The notes beneath the pieces are model-generated. The model was not told the origin of the DNA, ran no database searches, and saw only the letters and a list, made by a program, of their open reading frames with translations. A DNA stretch of 64,000 bases from an uncultured Candidatus Saccharibacteria bacterium. Lineage in GTDB: Bacteria > Patescibacteriota > CALEFQ01. A program made the translations under genes and the position numbers. How positions within the stretch are numbered: the stretch's first letter is position 1; each line of letters opens with the position of its first letter. Shown here piece by piece: positions 9,118 to 17,831 of the stretch. The stretch spans positions 353,184 to 417,183 of the forward strand of contig OZ246404.1 of assembly GCA_965230955.1 (NCBI GenBank), written 5' to 3'.

Positions 9118-10513
9118 TCTAAAAAAAATAAAGCGAATCCACTTGATTGGTATCAAGGGTGTTGGCATGTCCGCCTTGGCTTTGATTTTGAAAGGGCGGG
9201 GATTTCAGGTGACCGGTTCGGATGTGGCGCAGGAATTTATCACCGATAAAAATTTGATTTCAGCCAAGATTCCCGTCACGGCGTTCGCGGCCGAAAATAT
9301 CTCGCCGCAAATCGATCTCGTGGTCACGACTCCGGCCTGGGGAGAAAAAAACCCGGAAATAGCGCAGGTCCGCCAATTGAAATTGCCGGTGATTTCCGGA
9401 GCCGCTCTGCTGGGATTATTGATGGATCAGCGGCGCGGGATTGTGGTCACCGGGACTCACGGCAAAACGACCACTACCGCGACGCTGGCTTTTGTTTTGC
9501 ATTATCTGGGATTAGATCCTTCATATTTTATCGGTACCGGTAAAATTTTCGGTCTGGAAGCGAATGGCCATGCCGGCCGGGGAGAATTTCTGGTCGCCGA
9601 GGGGGATGAATACAAAAGCGTCGCGGAAGGCCAGCGCTCGAAATTCATGGATCTGCGCCCGGAATTGGCGATTATCACCAGCGTGGAAATGGATCATCCC
9701 GATGTGTTTGCTTCGCTGGTTGAGGTCAAAAAAACTTTTCGTGATTTCACGAAAAATATTCGCCCCCATGGTTTCATTGCCGCTTATGGTGATGCGCGGA
9801 GCGTCCGGGAAGTGACGGCCGATGTCCCTTCGGCTACCGTCGAGTATTACGGGCTAGAAAGTAACAACACCTGGCGCGCGACGGATTTGGTATTTCGCGA
9901 ACAATCGACCGATTTTTCGGTGCATTATCGAGGGGAAGCACTGGGGCGTTTCACCACCCAACTGGCCGGACGGCACAGTGTTTTAAATACGCTGGGCGTG
10001 ATTGCCGTTTGCCATCATTTGGGTTTGGATCTGGAGCGGGTCAAAACGGCTTTGCGTGAATTTATCGGCAGTGAACGGCGTTTGGAATACAAAGGTGAAA
10101 AAAAAGGCGTTTTGGTCTACGATGATTACGCCCACCATCCGACCGCTATCAAGACGACTCTCGAGGGCCTGCAAGCTCGTTTTCCGGAGCGCAAAATCTG
10201 GTGCGTTTTCCAGCCGCACACTTTCTCCCGCACGAAAGCATTGTTGCCCGATTTTGCCGTCTCTTTCGGCGCGGCGGACCATGTTTTGCTGACGGAAATA
10301 TGGGGCTCGGCTCGAGAGAAAAAGGGTGATGTCAGTTCGCGTGATATCGTCAGTTTGGGGGCTAAGCGACATCCCGATATGCGCTTTTGTCCGGACATGG
10401 CCGCGGCTCAGCGGATACTGGAAAAAGAAGCCCGAGCGGGCGAGCTTATCGTCACTATGGGCGCGGGCGATATTTATCATTTGGCGGAATATTATCTTTC
10501 AAGTATCAAGTAA
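9107..10513 (+). CDS. murC: UDP-N-acetylmuramate--L-alanine ligase
   Basis: GIKGVGMSALA and GTHGKTTTT Mur ligase motifs. Confidence 0.85.
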   Translation: MPIDLKKIKRIHLIGIKGVGMSALALILKGRGFQVTGSDVAQEFITDKNLISAKIPVTAFAAENISPQIDLVVTTPAWGEKNPEIAQVRQLKLPVISGAALLGLLMDQRRGIVVTGTHGKTTTTATLAFVLHYLGLDPSYFIGTGKIFGLEANGHAGRGEFLVAEGDEYKSVAEGQRSKFMDLRPELAIITSVEMDHPDVFASLVEVKKTFRDFTKNIRPHGFIAAYGDARSVREVTADVPSATVEYYGLESNNTWRATDLVFREQSTDFSVHYRGEALGRFTTQLAGRHSVLNTLGVIAVCHHLGLDLERVKTALREFIGSERRLEYKGEKKGVLVYDDYAHHPTAIKTTLEGLQARFPERKIWCVFQPHTFSRTKALLPDFAVSFGAADHVLLTEIWGSAREKKGDVSSRDIVSLGAKRHPDMRFCPDMAAAQRILEKEARAGELIVTMGAGDIYHLAEYYLSSIK

Positions 10514-10589
10514 CAGGGAACAAGTAACAAATTGGAATAAAATTATTCCTATTGATTCCCTGATACTTGTTACCTGTTACTTGATACTT
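10501..10589. repeat. GTAACAG-heptad palindrome (about 30-bp arms) at murC 3' end
   Basis: aagtatcaagtaacagggaacaagtaacaa ... ttccctgatacttgttacctgttacttgatactt; left arm overlaps murC stop. Confidence 0.8.
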
Positions 10590-10600
10590 AAAACGCTTCA

Positions 10601-11533
10601 ATGCTAAAAAAACTCGCCAATCTCCAAGAGAATATCCCCCTCTCGCGTTATACCACCTTCCGTCTCGGCGGCCCGGCGCGGTATTTGGTTGAGGTAAAAA
10701 ACCGCGAAGAATTGATTGGTGCTTTGAATTGGGCGCGCGATCAGAAAATTCGATACATGATTATCGGCGGTGGAAGTAATGTTTTGTTTTTGGATAGCGG
10801 TTTCGACGGCTTGGTGATAAAAAATTCTACTCTCAAACTGGAAGTTTCCGGCGAGCGGATGATGGTTGATTCCGGTGTCGGTCTGCATACTCTCGTCGTC
10901 GAAGCTTGTCGCCGCGGTTTGGCCGGACTGGAGAGTTTGTCCTGGATTCCGGGATCGGTCGGCGGAGCGATTTACGGCAATGCCGGAGCGTATGGCCAGG
11001 AAATCGGAAAAGTCGTGGAGACGGTGGAGGTCTATGATGAAAAGACGGGGCAGGTCAAGCAGTGTACCGCGTCGGAGTGCAATTTTTCTTATCGCGATAG
11101 CGTATTTAAAAGTGTCGGGGGAGTCATTGTTTTAGGCGCGACCCTGAAGTTATCGGCGGCTAAAGATAATGAGTTGACTGATAAGTGCGAAACGATTAAG
11201 CGGGAACGGCAGAAAAAAATTCCCGTCGAGCCCAGTGCCGGCTGTGTTTTTCAAAATATCCCGGTTTCGGAAGCTCAGAAAAACGACAAACTCAATTCTT
11301 TTTTGGCCCAGGTCAAAGGTGACAAGGTGGCGGCCGGGCTATTGATTGACCGGGCCGGTTTGAAAGGAAAAAAGATCGGCGGAGCGATGGTTTCTCCCCG
11401 GCACGCCAATTTTATCGTCAATACCGGTCAGGCCACAGCGGATGATGTGCTAAAATTAATCAGCTTGATTAAGGCCAGCGTTCGTGATATGTTTGGAGTG
11501 AATTTGGAGTGTGAGGTGCAAATAATCAGGTAA
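10601..11533 (+). CDS. murB: UDP-N-acetylenolpyruvoylglucosamine reductase
   Basis: FAD-binding MurB N-terminus (TTFRLGGPARYLVEV) and C-terminal MurB domain. Confidence 0.85.
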   Translation: MLKKLANLQENIPLSRYTTFRLGGPARYLVEVKNREELIGALNWARDQKIRYMIIGGGSNVLFLDSGFDGLVIKNSTLKLEVSGERMMVDSGVGLHTLVVEACRRGLAGLESLSWIPGSVGGAIYGNAGAYGQEIGKVVETVEVYDEKTGQVKQCTASECNFSYRDSVFKSVGGVIVLGATLKLSAAKDNELTDKCETIKRERQKKIPVEPSAGCVFQNIPVSEAQKNDKLNSFLAQVKGDKVAAGLLIDRAGLKGKKIGGAMVSPRHANFIVNTGQATADDVLKLISLIKASVRDMFGVNLECEVQIIR

Positions 11534-11604
11534 CAGTTAACAAGTAACAGGTAACAAGGAACAAAAAGGAAAAATATTATTCTAATTTGTTACCTGTTAC
11601 TTGT
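11529..11604. repeat. GTAACAG-heptad palindrome after murB
   Basis: ggtaacagttaacaagtaacaggtaacaaggaacaa ... ttgttacctgttacttgt. Confidence 0.8.
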
Positions 11605-11614
11605 AAATAATCCT

Positions 11615-12172
11615 ATGAAAATCGTCATCAAAGGAACCAACACCGAATTAACGCCGTCGCTTAAGGAGTACGTGTACGAAAAAGTCGGCCAGCTGGAGAA
11701 GTATATCAAGCGGGTGGTGGAAGCCGATGTCGAACTGGAAGTTTACAAAAAGCATAATTCGGGCGAAAATTTTCGGGCGGAAGTGATGCTTTTCGTCCCG
11801 AAAGATGTTTTGCGCGCTTCGGAACAGGCGACGGATATGTACGCGGCCATCGATTTGGTTATGCCCAAACTGAAAAAGCAAATCGAGAAATATAAGGCGA
11901 AGATCCAGCACAAGCACCAGCGCCAATCACGTTCTTTTTCTTGGGGCGAATTGTTTGGCACGCCGAAGCCAGAAGAAGAAGAACCGGTTCAGCCGCGGAT
12001 CGTTAAACGCAAGCAGTTTTCGATGACGGACCCGATTTCCGAGGCCGAGGCTATTCGGCAGATGAATTTGATCGGACATGATTTCTTCCTCTTCCATAAT
12101 GCCGATACCGATCGGATGAGTGTGGTGTACAAACGGGATGACGGGGATTATGGATTAATCGAGCCGAAGTAA
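11615..12172 (+). CDS. hpf: Ribosome hibernation promoting factor (long form)
   Basis: MKIVIKGTNTELTPSLKEYVYEKV N-terminus typical of RaiA/HPF, with C-terminal dimerisation extension. Confidence 0.8.
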   Translation: MKIVIKGTNTELTPSLKEYVYEKVGQLEKYIKRVVEADVELEVYKKHNSGENFRAEVMLFVPKDVLRASEQATDMYAAIDLVMPKLKKQIEKYKAKIQHKHQRQSRSFSWGELFGTPKPEEEEPVQPRIVKRKQFSMTDPISEAEAIRQMNLIGHDFFLFHNADTDRMSVVYKRDDGDYGLIEPK

Positions 12173-12225
12173 GAAATTAAGATTATTAAGAGTATTAAGA
12201 TATTAAGAATGCTAAGGTTTAAGAT
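12170..12225 (+). repeat. Tandem TTAAGA array between hpf and NUDIX gene
   Basis: taagaaattaagattattaagagtattaagatattaagaatgctaaggtttaagat. Confidence 0.7.
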
Positions 12226-12714
12226 ATGAGGAAAGGGACGTTGTATTTTTTGCTCCGAGGAGAAGGGGATGATTTGGAAGTGTTGCTGGCGATGAAGAAA
12301 CGCGGGTTTGGGCGGGGGAAGTGGAACGGCTGTGGCGGAAAAGTCGAGAAGGCGGAAACGATTGAGCGGGCCATGATTCGCGAGGCGGAGGAAGAAATCG
12401 GAGTCAAGCCTAAAATTTTCGCCCAGGTTGCGATTTTGACTTTTACCTTTCCCGATGTCCCTAAAGAAAAAAGCTGGGATCAGGAGATTCATGTTTTCAC
12501 CGGACGTGAAGCTGAGGGGGAGCCGAGAGAAACGGAAGAAATGAAGCCGCAGTGGTTTGCGGCCAAGAGGTTACCTTTCGCCCAGATGTGGATCGATGAT
12601 CCTCACTGGCTACCCCAAATTTTGTCTGGCCAAAAAATCAGAGCCAGTTTCGCTTTTTCGGGCGCGGGCACGGGGATAAAAGAAAAAAAGATCGAAAAGG
12701 TGGAGCGATTCTAA
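12226..12714 (+). CDS. NUDIX hydrolase
   Basis: Nudix box GGKVEKAETIERAMIREAEEEIGV. Confidence 0.75.
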   Translation: MRKGTLYFLLRGEGDDLEVLLAMKKRGFGRGKWNGCGGKVEKAETIERAMIREAEEEIGVKPKIFAQVAILTFTFPDVPKEKSWDQEIHVFTGREAEGEPRETEEMKPQWFAAKRLPFAQMWIDDPHWLPQILSGQKIRASFAFSGAGTGIKEKKIEKVERF

Positions 12715-12811
12715 ATATCCCGGGATTCAAACAGGCCAAGTTGTACTGTTTTTTTTGTTCACAAAAGAAGCTTGTCTGGCGCCGAGTTTGCCGGGAGGTC
12801 GAATAACCGGC

Positions 12812-12845
12812 GAAGGTAAATAAAAAAGCAGGAACGGGTGTTCCT
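12812..12845 (-). terminator. Rho-independent terminator of the 12858-13919 gene
   Basis: Minus-strand hairpin agcaggaac-gggt-gttcctgct followed by a T-run (ttttttatttacc). Confidence 0.7.
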
Positions 12846-12857
12846 GCTTGCGATATT

Positions 12858-13919
12858 TTATGTACGAGATGTACGAGGTCGAGTTGTGAAATTGTAATTG
12901 ATAAGTGGCAAGTGGTTTTCGATGACGAACCAATGATCGTCCAAGCGCGGTCGGTTCGAATCGATTTCTACGCCTTCCGAAGCCCAGAATGAAAAGTACA
13001 GGCAATCATCACCGGTTTTGCATTGAACGGCGATAGTCTCATCGTGTGCCGCCGATTGAAATTTAGCGTGACATACGACATAGGGTAGAAAAAGCCGGGC
13101 GAAATGATCGAATCCGCTGGCTTCATTAGCTGGTGCCGGGACAAATGTGAATACAGTAGGGATAATCATGTTGGTGCCAGGCATTTCTACCGTTATTTTT
13201 CCGAGAGAAGTATTTTCCAGTGCCGGTTTATGTCCCTGAAGCGTGCACAGAGTCTTTAGAGCGAGCCGGCGCTCTGGGACGATGTTTTCCTCGAAGAATT
13301 CTGATAATTCTCCAAATGGGAGAGTTGCGGGGATGGTATCGCCCAGGCAAAACTTTTGCAGGGCGGGAATAGCCTCGAGAATGATATTTTTTTCCAAATA
13401 ATCGTAATCCCGGGCGTTTACCAGTGCTTGGCATATTTTGTCTACCAGCCATTTGAAAGCTTGGGCATCCTCACCTTTACGATCGATTTCGATCTCCGGA
13501 GTTTTCAGATCCTGTGACAGTCGATAAGAAATGTGCAGGAAAAAAAGCAGACTACGGTGAAATGGATCCTGAAAAGTGATGTGTTCGGGGTTGCCGAGAA
13601 AGTCCAGGATGAGATTGATTCTGTCTTTGAATGACCGATTTCTTGAGTGGAACACGTTGGGAATCAAGTAGCGGAATATGATTTCGAGAGCTTTCTTTTT
13701 CACTGACGTAGCATCTGGGCCGGATGAATCTGCGACCTGAAATAGGAATTTGATACTTTCATCCTGCTCCTTGAGCTCAAGTTGGCAAAATTCCGGCCAG
13801 TCTTTAAGTCTCTGGCCGATCGAATGTAGGATTCCAATTTGAGCCTCAGCAACTTCCAAATCTCTGATTCTGGCGAAATTTTCTATCGATTTTGTCAAAG
13901 AACCATTAGTTGGTGCCAT
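12858..13919 (-). CDS. Hypothetical protein (353 aa), no recognisable domain
   Basis: Long minus-strand ORF; start set at ATG 13919, which has a perfect AGGAGG RBS 7 nt upstream (ORF track extends to 13949). Own terminator downstream. Confidence 0.5.
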   Translation of the reverse strand: MAPTNGSLTKSIENFARIRDLEVAEAQIGILHSIGQRLKDWPEFCQLELKEQDESIKFLFQVADSSGPDATSVKKKALEIIFRYLIPNVFHSRNRSFKDRINLILDFLGNPEHITFQDPFHRSLLFFLHISYRLSQDLKTPEIEIDRKGEDAQAFKWLVDKICQALVNARDYDYLEKNIILEAIPALQKFCLGDTIPATLPFGELSEFFEENIVPERRLALKTLCTLQGHKPALENTSLGKITVEMPGTNMIIPTVFTFVPAPANEASGFDHFARLFLPYVVCHAKFQSAAHDETIAVQCKTGDDCLYFSFWASEGVEIDSNRPRLDDHWFVIENHLPLINYNFTTRPRTSRT

Positions 13920-13973
13920 TTTAGGCCTCCTTCTGGTTGAGCCGACCATCTTAGGTCGGCTGGTTGTGTGGAA

Positions 13974-14002
13974 ACCCTATCAAAAAGAAAGCTGTTTGTC
14001 AA
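13974..14002 (-). promoter_or_regulatory. Putative sigma-70-type promoter for orphan gene (TTGACA-17-TAGGGT)
   Basis: Consensus -35 TTGACA on minus strand, 17-nt spacer, weak -10. Confidence 0.3.
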
Positions 14003-14029
14003 TGTTATGTGGTAATTTTTTTCCTGATT

Positions 14030-14065
14030 TTTCCAAAAAAAAGACACGGAAACTCTGTCTTTTGC
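14030..14065 (-). terminator. Rho-independent terminator (minus strand) upstream of the orphan gene promoter
   Basis: Stem aaaagaca/tgtctttt with 9-nt loop followed on the minus strand by a run of about 9 T residues. Confidence 0.6.
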
Positions 14066-14437
14066 GCACATAGAAAGGAGGTACCCTCAGAGCAGTTGTT
14101 ACCAGATGGTTAAGCTCTTTTGGGAGTGGTGGCAAAGTTTCCGTGTCAGGATGGCCCTCAAGCCTCATGAACAATCAACCGAGAGGCTTTTGGAGGCAAA
14201 ATACATATTATTACACTTTACGGATAGTGTCAAGGGCGGGGAGTCGGTATTCAAATATCGAACTGAATTCAATTGTAAATGTTGCAATAAGCGCCTTGGT
14301 CCCTTGGAATTTCGCAGTTTATCGCCCTTCTGCCGGAGGCAGGGACACTGGTTATTTGATAAGATTACCAATTATTATGTAGCTTGATTACACCTAGAGA
14401 TAGTGCTAAACTAACTCTGTTTTTAACTATTCAATTT

Positions 14438-17104
14438 ATGTCGGTATTCTCCAAAATGTTTGGCGACAGCGAGACGCGCTTGGCCAAAAAATACGCTCCG
14501 ATTATTGCGCAGATCAATGAGTTTGATCGATCTTTTGATAAACTGACGGATGATCAGCTTCGGGCGAAAACCAAGGAGTGGCAAGCGAAATTCAAGAGCA
14601 TAAAAGATTTGGCGGAAGAGAAAAAACAACTGGAAGCTATGCTACCCGCCGCTTTTGCCGCGGTCAAAAATGCCTGCAAACGTTTACGGGGGACGGAATA
14701 CGAAATCGCCGGAATCAAAGAAAAATGGCAAATGGTGCCGTTTGATGTCCAGCTGATCGGCGGAATCGTGCTCCATCACGGCCGAATCGCTGAAATGAAA
14801 ACCGGCGAAGGCAAAACTTTGGTGGCGACGCTTCCGATTTATCTCAATGCCCTGACCGGCCGCGGCGTCCATGTCGTCACGGTCAACGAATACTTGGCCG
14901 CCCGCGATGCTTCTTGGATGGGACTTGTCTATAAATTTTTGGGTCTCACTGTCGGATCGACTTTACACGAACAAACTCCGGCGGAGAAAAAGATTGCTTA
15001 TAACTGCGATATCACTTACGGCACCAATAATGAATTCGGCTTCGACTATTTGCGCGACAATATGGTTTACGAGCTGAAGCAGAAAACCCAGCGCGAACTG
15101 CATTATGCCATTGTCGATGAAGTCGACAGCATTTTGATCGACGAAGCGCGTACTCCTTTGATTATTTCCGCGCCGGATGAGGAATCGGGTAAAATGTACA
15201 GCCAGTTCGCGGCTATGATTCCGCGGCTGAAAGAAAATGTCCATTATAATGTCGATGAAAAAGACAAAGCGGCTTTTTTGACCGATGCCGGCATGGATGA
15301 ACTGGAGAAAATGCTCGGGACAAGCAATATTTACAACGAAAAGGGCGTCGCCTATGTTCATCATCTCGAGCAGGCGCTCAAGGCCCATGCGTTATTTAAG
15401 CTTGATCGCGATTACGTAGTGAAGGAAGGCGAGGTCATTATTGTCGATCAGTTTACCGGGCGTTTGATGCCGGGACGACGTTATTCCGAAGGTTTGCACC
15501 AGGCGATTGAAGCCAAGGAAGGCGTGGCGGTGCAGAAAGAAAGCAAAACCCTGGCGACGATCACTTTTCAGAATTATTTTCGTCTTTATAAAAAACTGGG
15601 TGGTATGACCGGTACGGCCAAAACCCAGGAAGAAGAATTTCAAAAGGTTTATAATCTCGAAGTTGATATCATCCCGACCAATAAACCGATGGTTCGCGAT
15701 GATCAGGCCGATAAAATTTATAAAAACGAACAGGGGAAATACAAGGCGGTGGTGGAAGAACTAAAACGTCTCCAGGCCAAAGGCCAGCCGGTTTTGGTCG
15801 GCACGATTGCCATCCAAAAATCCGAAGTCCTCAGCGGGATGTTGCGTCGAGCGGGTGTGCCGCACGAAGTCTTGAACGCCAAACAGCATGAACGCGAAGC
15901 CAAGATTGTGGCCAAGGCGGGTCAAAAAGGCGCCATCACGATCGCGACCAATATGGCCGGACGCGGAACAGACATCAAGCTCGGACCCGGCGTGGTTGAA
16001 GTCGGCGGTTTGCATGTGTTGGGAACGGAGCGGCATGAAGCCCGACGGATCGACAATCAGCTGCGCGGACGGAGTGGGCGCCAGGGTGATCCCGGCTCAT
16101 CCCAGTTTTACGTTTCCATGGATGATGATTTGATGCGGATGTTCGGCTCGGATCGGATGAAGGCGATTATGGAAACGCTCAAAGTCCCGGAAGACCAGCC
16201 GATTGAAAGCGGAATTATTTCCAAGCAAATCGAGGGTGCCCAGAAAAAGGTGGAAGGCCATAACTTTGATATTCGCCGCTATGTGCTGGAATACGACAAT
16301 GTGATGAACAAGCATCGGGAGATTATGTATAAAAAACGGCGAGAGATTTTGGAAGCGTGGGAGAATGAAAAAGTCAAAAGTCAAAAGTCAAAAGTCAAAA
16401 GCGAGGAACTACCCTATCCCAATGTGAAAACGTTGCGGGAGAGGGTGTGGGAGATGGTTGAGAAAGAACTGGAAACGGTAGTGGAAGATAAAACTCGGAC
16501 GGAAGTGGAACAGGATTGGGATGTCGAGGAAATTATGGAAGTGTGCAATACGATTTTCCCGGCAACATCTGATTTGCGGCAAAATCTGGAAAAAATTGCC
16601 GGCCAGGCGGGGACCGAGGCGCAAGATGGACTGGCTCGGACGGAAATGAAAAAATACTTGTTGGGTTTGGCGCGAGCGGCTTACGATCGCAAAGAAAAAG
16701 AAATCGGGTCGCCGACCATGCGCCAGATCGAGCGGGCGATTTTATTGCGCTCGATCGACATGCTCTGGATCGAGCACCTCGACGCGATGCAATCATTGCG
16801 TGAGGGGATTGGGCTCCGCGGTTACGGTCAGCGCGATCCGCTGGTGGAATACAAGCGCGAAGGCTATCGTTATTTTGAAGAATTGCTGGCCAATGTGCAG
16901 AAGCAAGTGGTCTATACTATTTACAAAGTAAAAGTTGAAGCAAAAAAGCCTCTCCCGATGGAAAGCGCGCAGAAAATGACGTCGGGGGGAGATAACTCAA
17001 AAACAAGTGCCGCGCCGGCTAAAAAGAAAGAGCAGATTGGGCGCAATGATCCCTGTCCGTGTGGCAGTGGAAAAAAATACAAAAAATGTCACGGAGCGGA
17101 ATAA
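14438..17104 (+). CDS. secA: Preprotein translocase ATPase SecA
   Basis: SecA N-terminus (MFGDSETRLAKKY), DEAD-like motor motifs, C-terminal zinc finger CPCGSGKKYKKCHG; start chosen at ATG 14438. Confidence 0.9.
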   Translation: MSVFSKMFGDSETRLAKKYAPIIAQINEFDRSFDKLTDDQLRAKTKEWQAKFKSIKDLAEEKKQLEAMLPAAFAAVKNACKRLRGTEYEIAGIKEKWQMVPFDVQLIGGIVLHHGRIAEMKTGEGKTLVATLPIYLNALTGRGVHVVTVNEYLAARDASWMGLVYKFLGLTVGSTLHEQTPAEKKIAYNCDITYGTNNEFGFDYLRDNMVYELKQKTQRELHYAIVDEVDSILIDEARTPLIISAPDEESGKMYSQFAAMIPRLKENVHYNVDEKDKAAFLTDAGMDELEKMLGTSNIYNEKGVAYVHHLEQALKAHALFKLDRDYVVKEGEVIIVDQFTGRLMPGRRYSEGLHQAIEAKEGVAVQKESKTLATITFQNYFRLYKKLGGMTGTAKTQEEEFQKVYNLEVDIIPTNKPMVRDDQADKIYKNEQGKYKAVVEELKRLQAKGQPVLVGTIAIQKSEVLSGMLRRAGVPHEVLNAKQHEREAKIVAKAGQKGAITIATNMAGRGTDIKLGPGVVEVGGLHVLGTERHEARRIDNQLRGRSGRQGDPGSSQFYVSMDDDLMRMFGSDRMKAIMETLKVPEDQPIESGIISKQIEGAQKKVEGHNFDIRRYVLEYDNVMNKHREIMYKKRREILEAWENEKVKSQKSKVKSEELPYPNVKTLRERVWEMVEKELETVVEDKTRTEVEQDWDVEEIMEVCNTIFPATSDLRQNLEKIAGQAGTEAQDGLARTEMKKYLLGLARAAYDRKEKEIGSPTMRQIERAILLRSIDMLWIEHLDAMQSLREGIGLRGYGQRDPLVEYKREGYRYFEELLANVQKQVVYTIYKVKVEAKKPLPMESAQKMTSGGDNSKTSAAPAKKKEQIGRNDPCPCGSGKKYKKCHGAE
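16369..16401 (+). repeat. Four tandem GTCAAAA heptads in frame inside secA
   Basis: aaagtcaaaagtcaaaagtcaaaagtcaaaagc encoding EKVKSQKSKVKSEE. Confidence 0.85.
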
Positions 17105-17107
17105 GCC

Positions 17108-17560
17108 ATGAAAGCCATAATAGAAATTCCTCGGGGAGATGACCGTCGCCGTCATATTCGATATGACCACACGGGGTTTATTGATTTAGGGCCGATCAAA
17201 GAAAAAATTCCGATCAATCAGGGAATTATGCCGGTGCATTACGGTTATTTGCTGGGGACGTATAATGAGTCAGAGGGTGATGAAGTGGATGTTTTGGTAA
17301 TTTCCCAAAACAAATTTAGTGTCGGACAGACCGTCGAAGTGACTCCAATAGCGCTGATCTTGCGTGATGACGGTGATGACAAAATTGTCGCCGTTGACTC
17401 AACGGTTGTCGCTGTTGAAAAATGGGCTGATCTTTCTACGGGTGACCAAAAAATGCTACTGGATTTTTTTGGGTATCGGCATCGGATTTTGTCTGTTGAA
17501 AATGCGACTGAGGCGAATCAATATATCGTCCGGAATACCAAAAGCAGTCGCCTCAAATAA
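17108..17560 (+). CDS. ppa: Inorganic pyrophosphatase (family I, short)
   Basis: IEIPRGD..Y.H..G and GDEVDVLV motifs. Confidence 0.55.
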   Translation: MKAIIEIPRGDDRRRHIRYDHTGFIDLGPIKEKIPINQGIMPVHYGYLLGTYNESEGDEVDVLVISQNKFSVGQTVEVTPIALILRDDGDDKIVAVDSTVVAVEKWADLSTGDQKMLLDFFGYRHRILSVENATEANQYIVRNTKSSRLK

Positions 17561-17565
17561 AAAAA

Positions 17566-17640
17566 GCCGCAAGTGTTTGAGGAGCGAGGGCTGGAATCTT
17601 TCGCTCGGCGCTACTTGATTCCGTGACACTTGCGGCAGCC
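17566..17640 (+). other. Structured element after ppa: 11-bp long-range stem enclosing inner hairpin
   Basis: gccgcaagtgt ... acacttgcggc with inner gagcgag...ctcgctc-like hairpin; no T-run after it. Confidence 0.35.
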
Positions 17641-17831
17641 AAATTTCATATCTCCTGATGGAGAATCAGAAGGGTTGGCTAGTTTCCCGTCTGGTGATAG
17701 CACTAGTTTAACAAAACTATGGGTAAATGCAAGAAAAAACGGCAAAAGAAAGATAACTTTATGTGGCAGGGTGGGGGGAGAAGTGGTATGATAATATCTG
17801 AATAATATTGTCGTAAATATACTAAAACATT

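Noticed and set aside
14106-14387. 93-aa plus-strand ORF in the secA upstream spacer as a real gene
   Set aside because: Only a distant RBS (16 nt), odd Trp/Cys-rich composition and no homology signal; left unannotated, though the region is flagged as possibly transcribed.
12715-14437. tRNA genes in this and other longer spacers (17561-17831, 45505-45891, 63009-63355)
   Set aside because: No T-arm/T-loop (GGTTCGAATCC-like) consensus with matching acceptor stem was found by eye on either strand.
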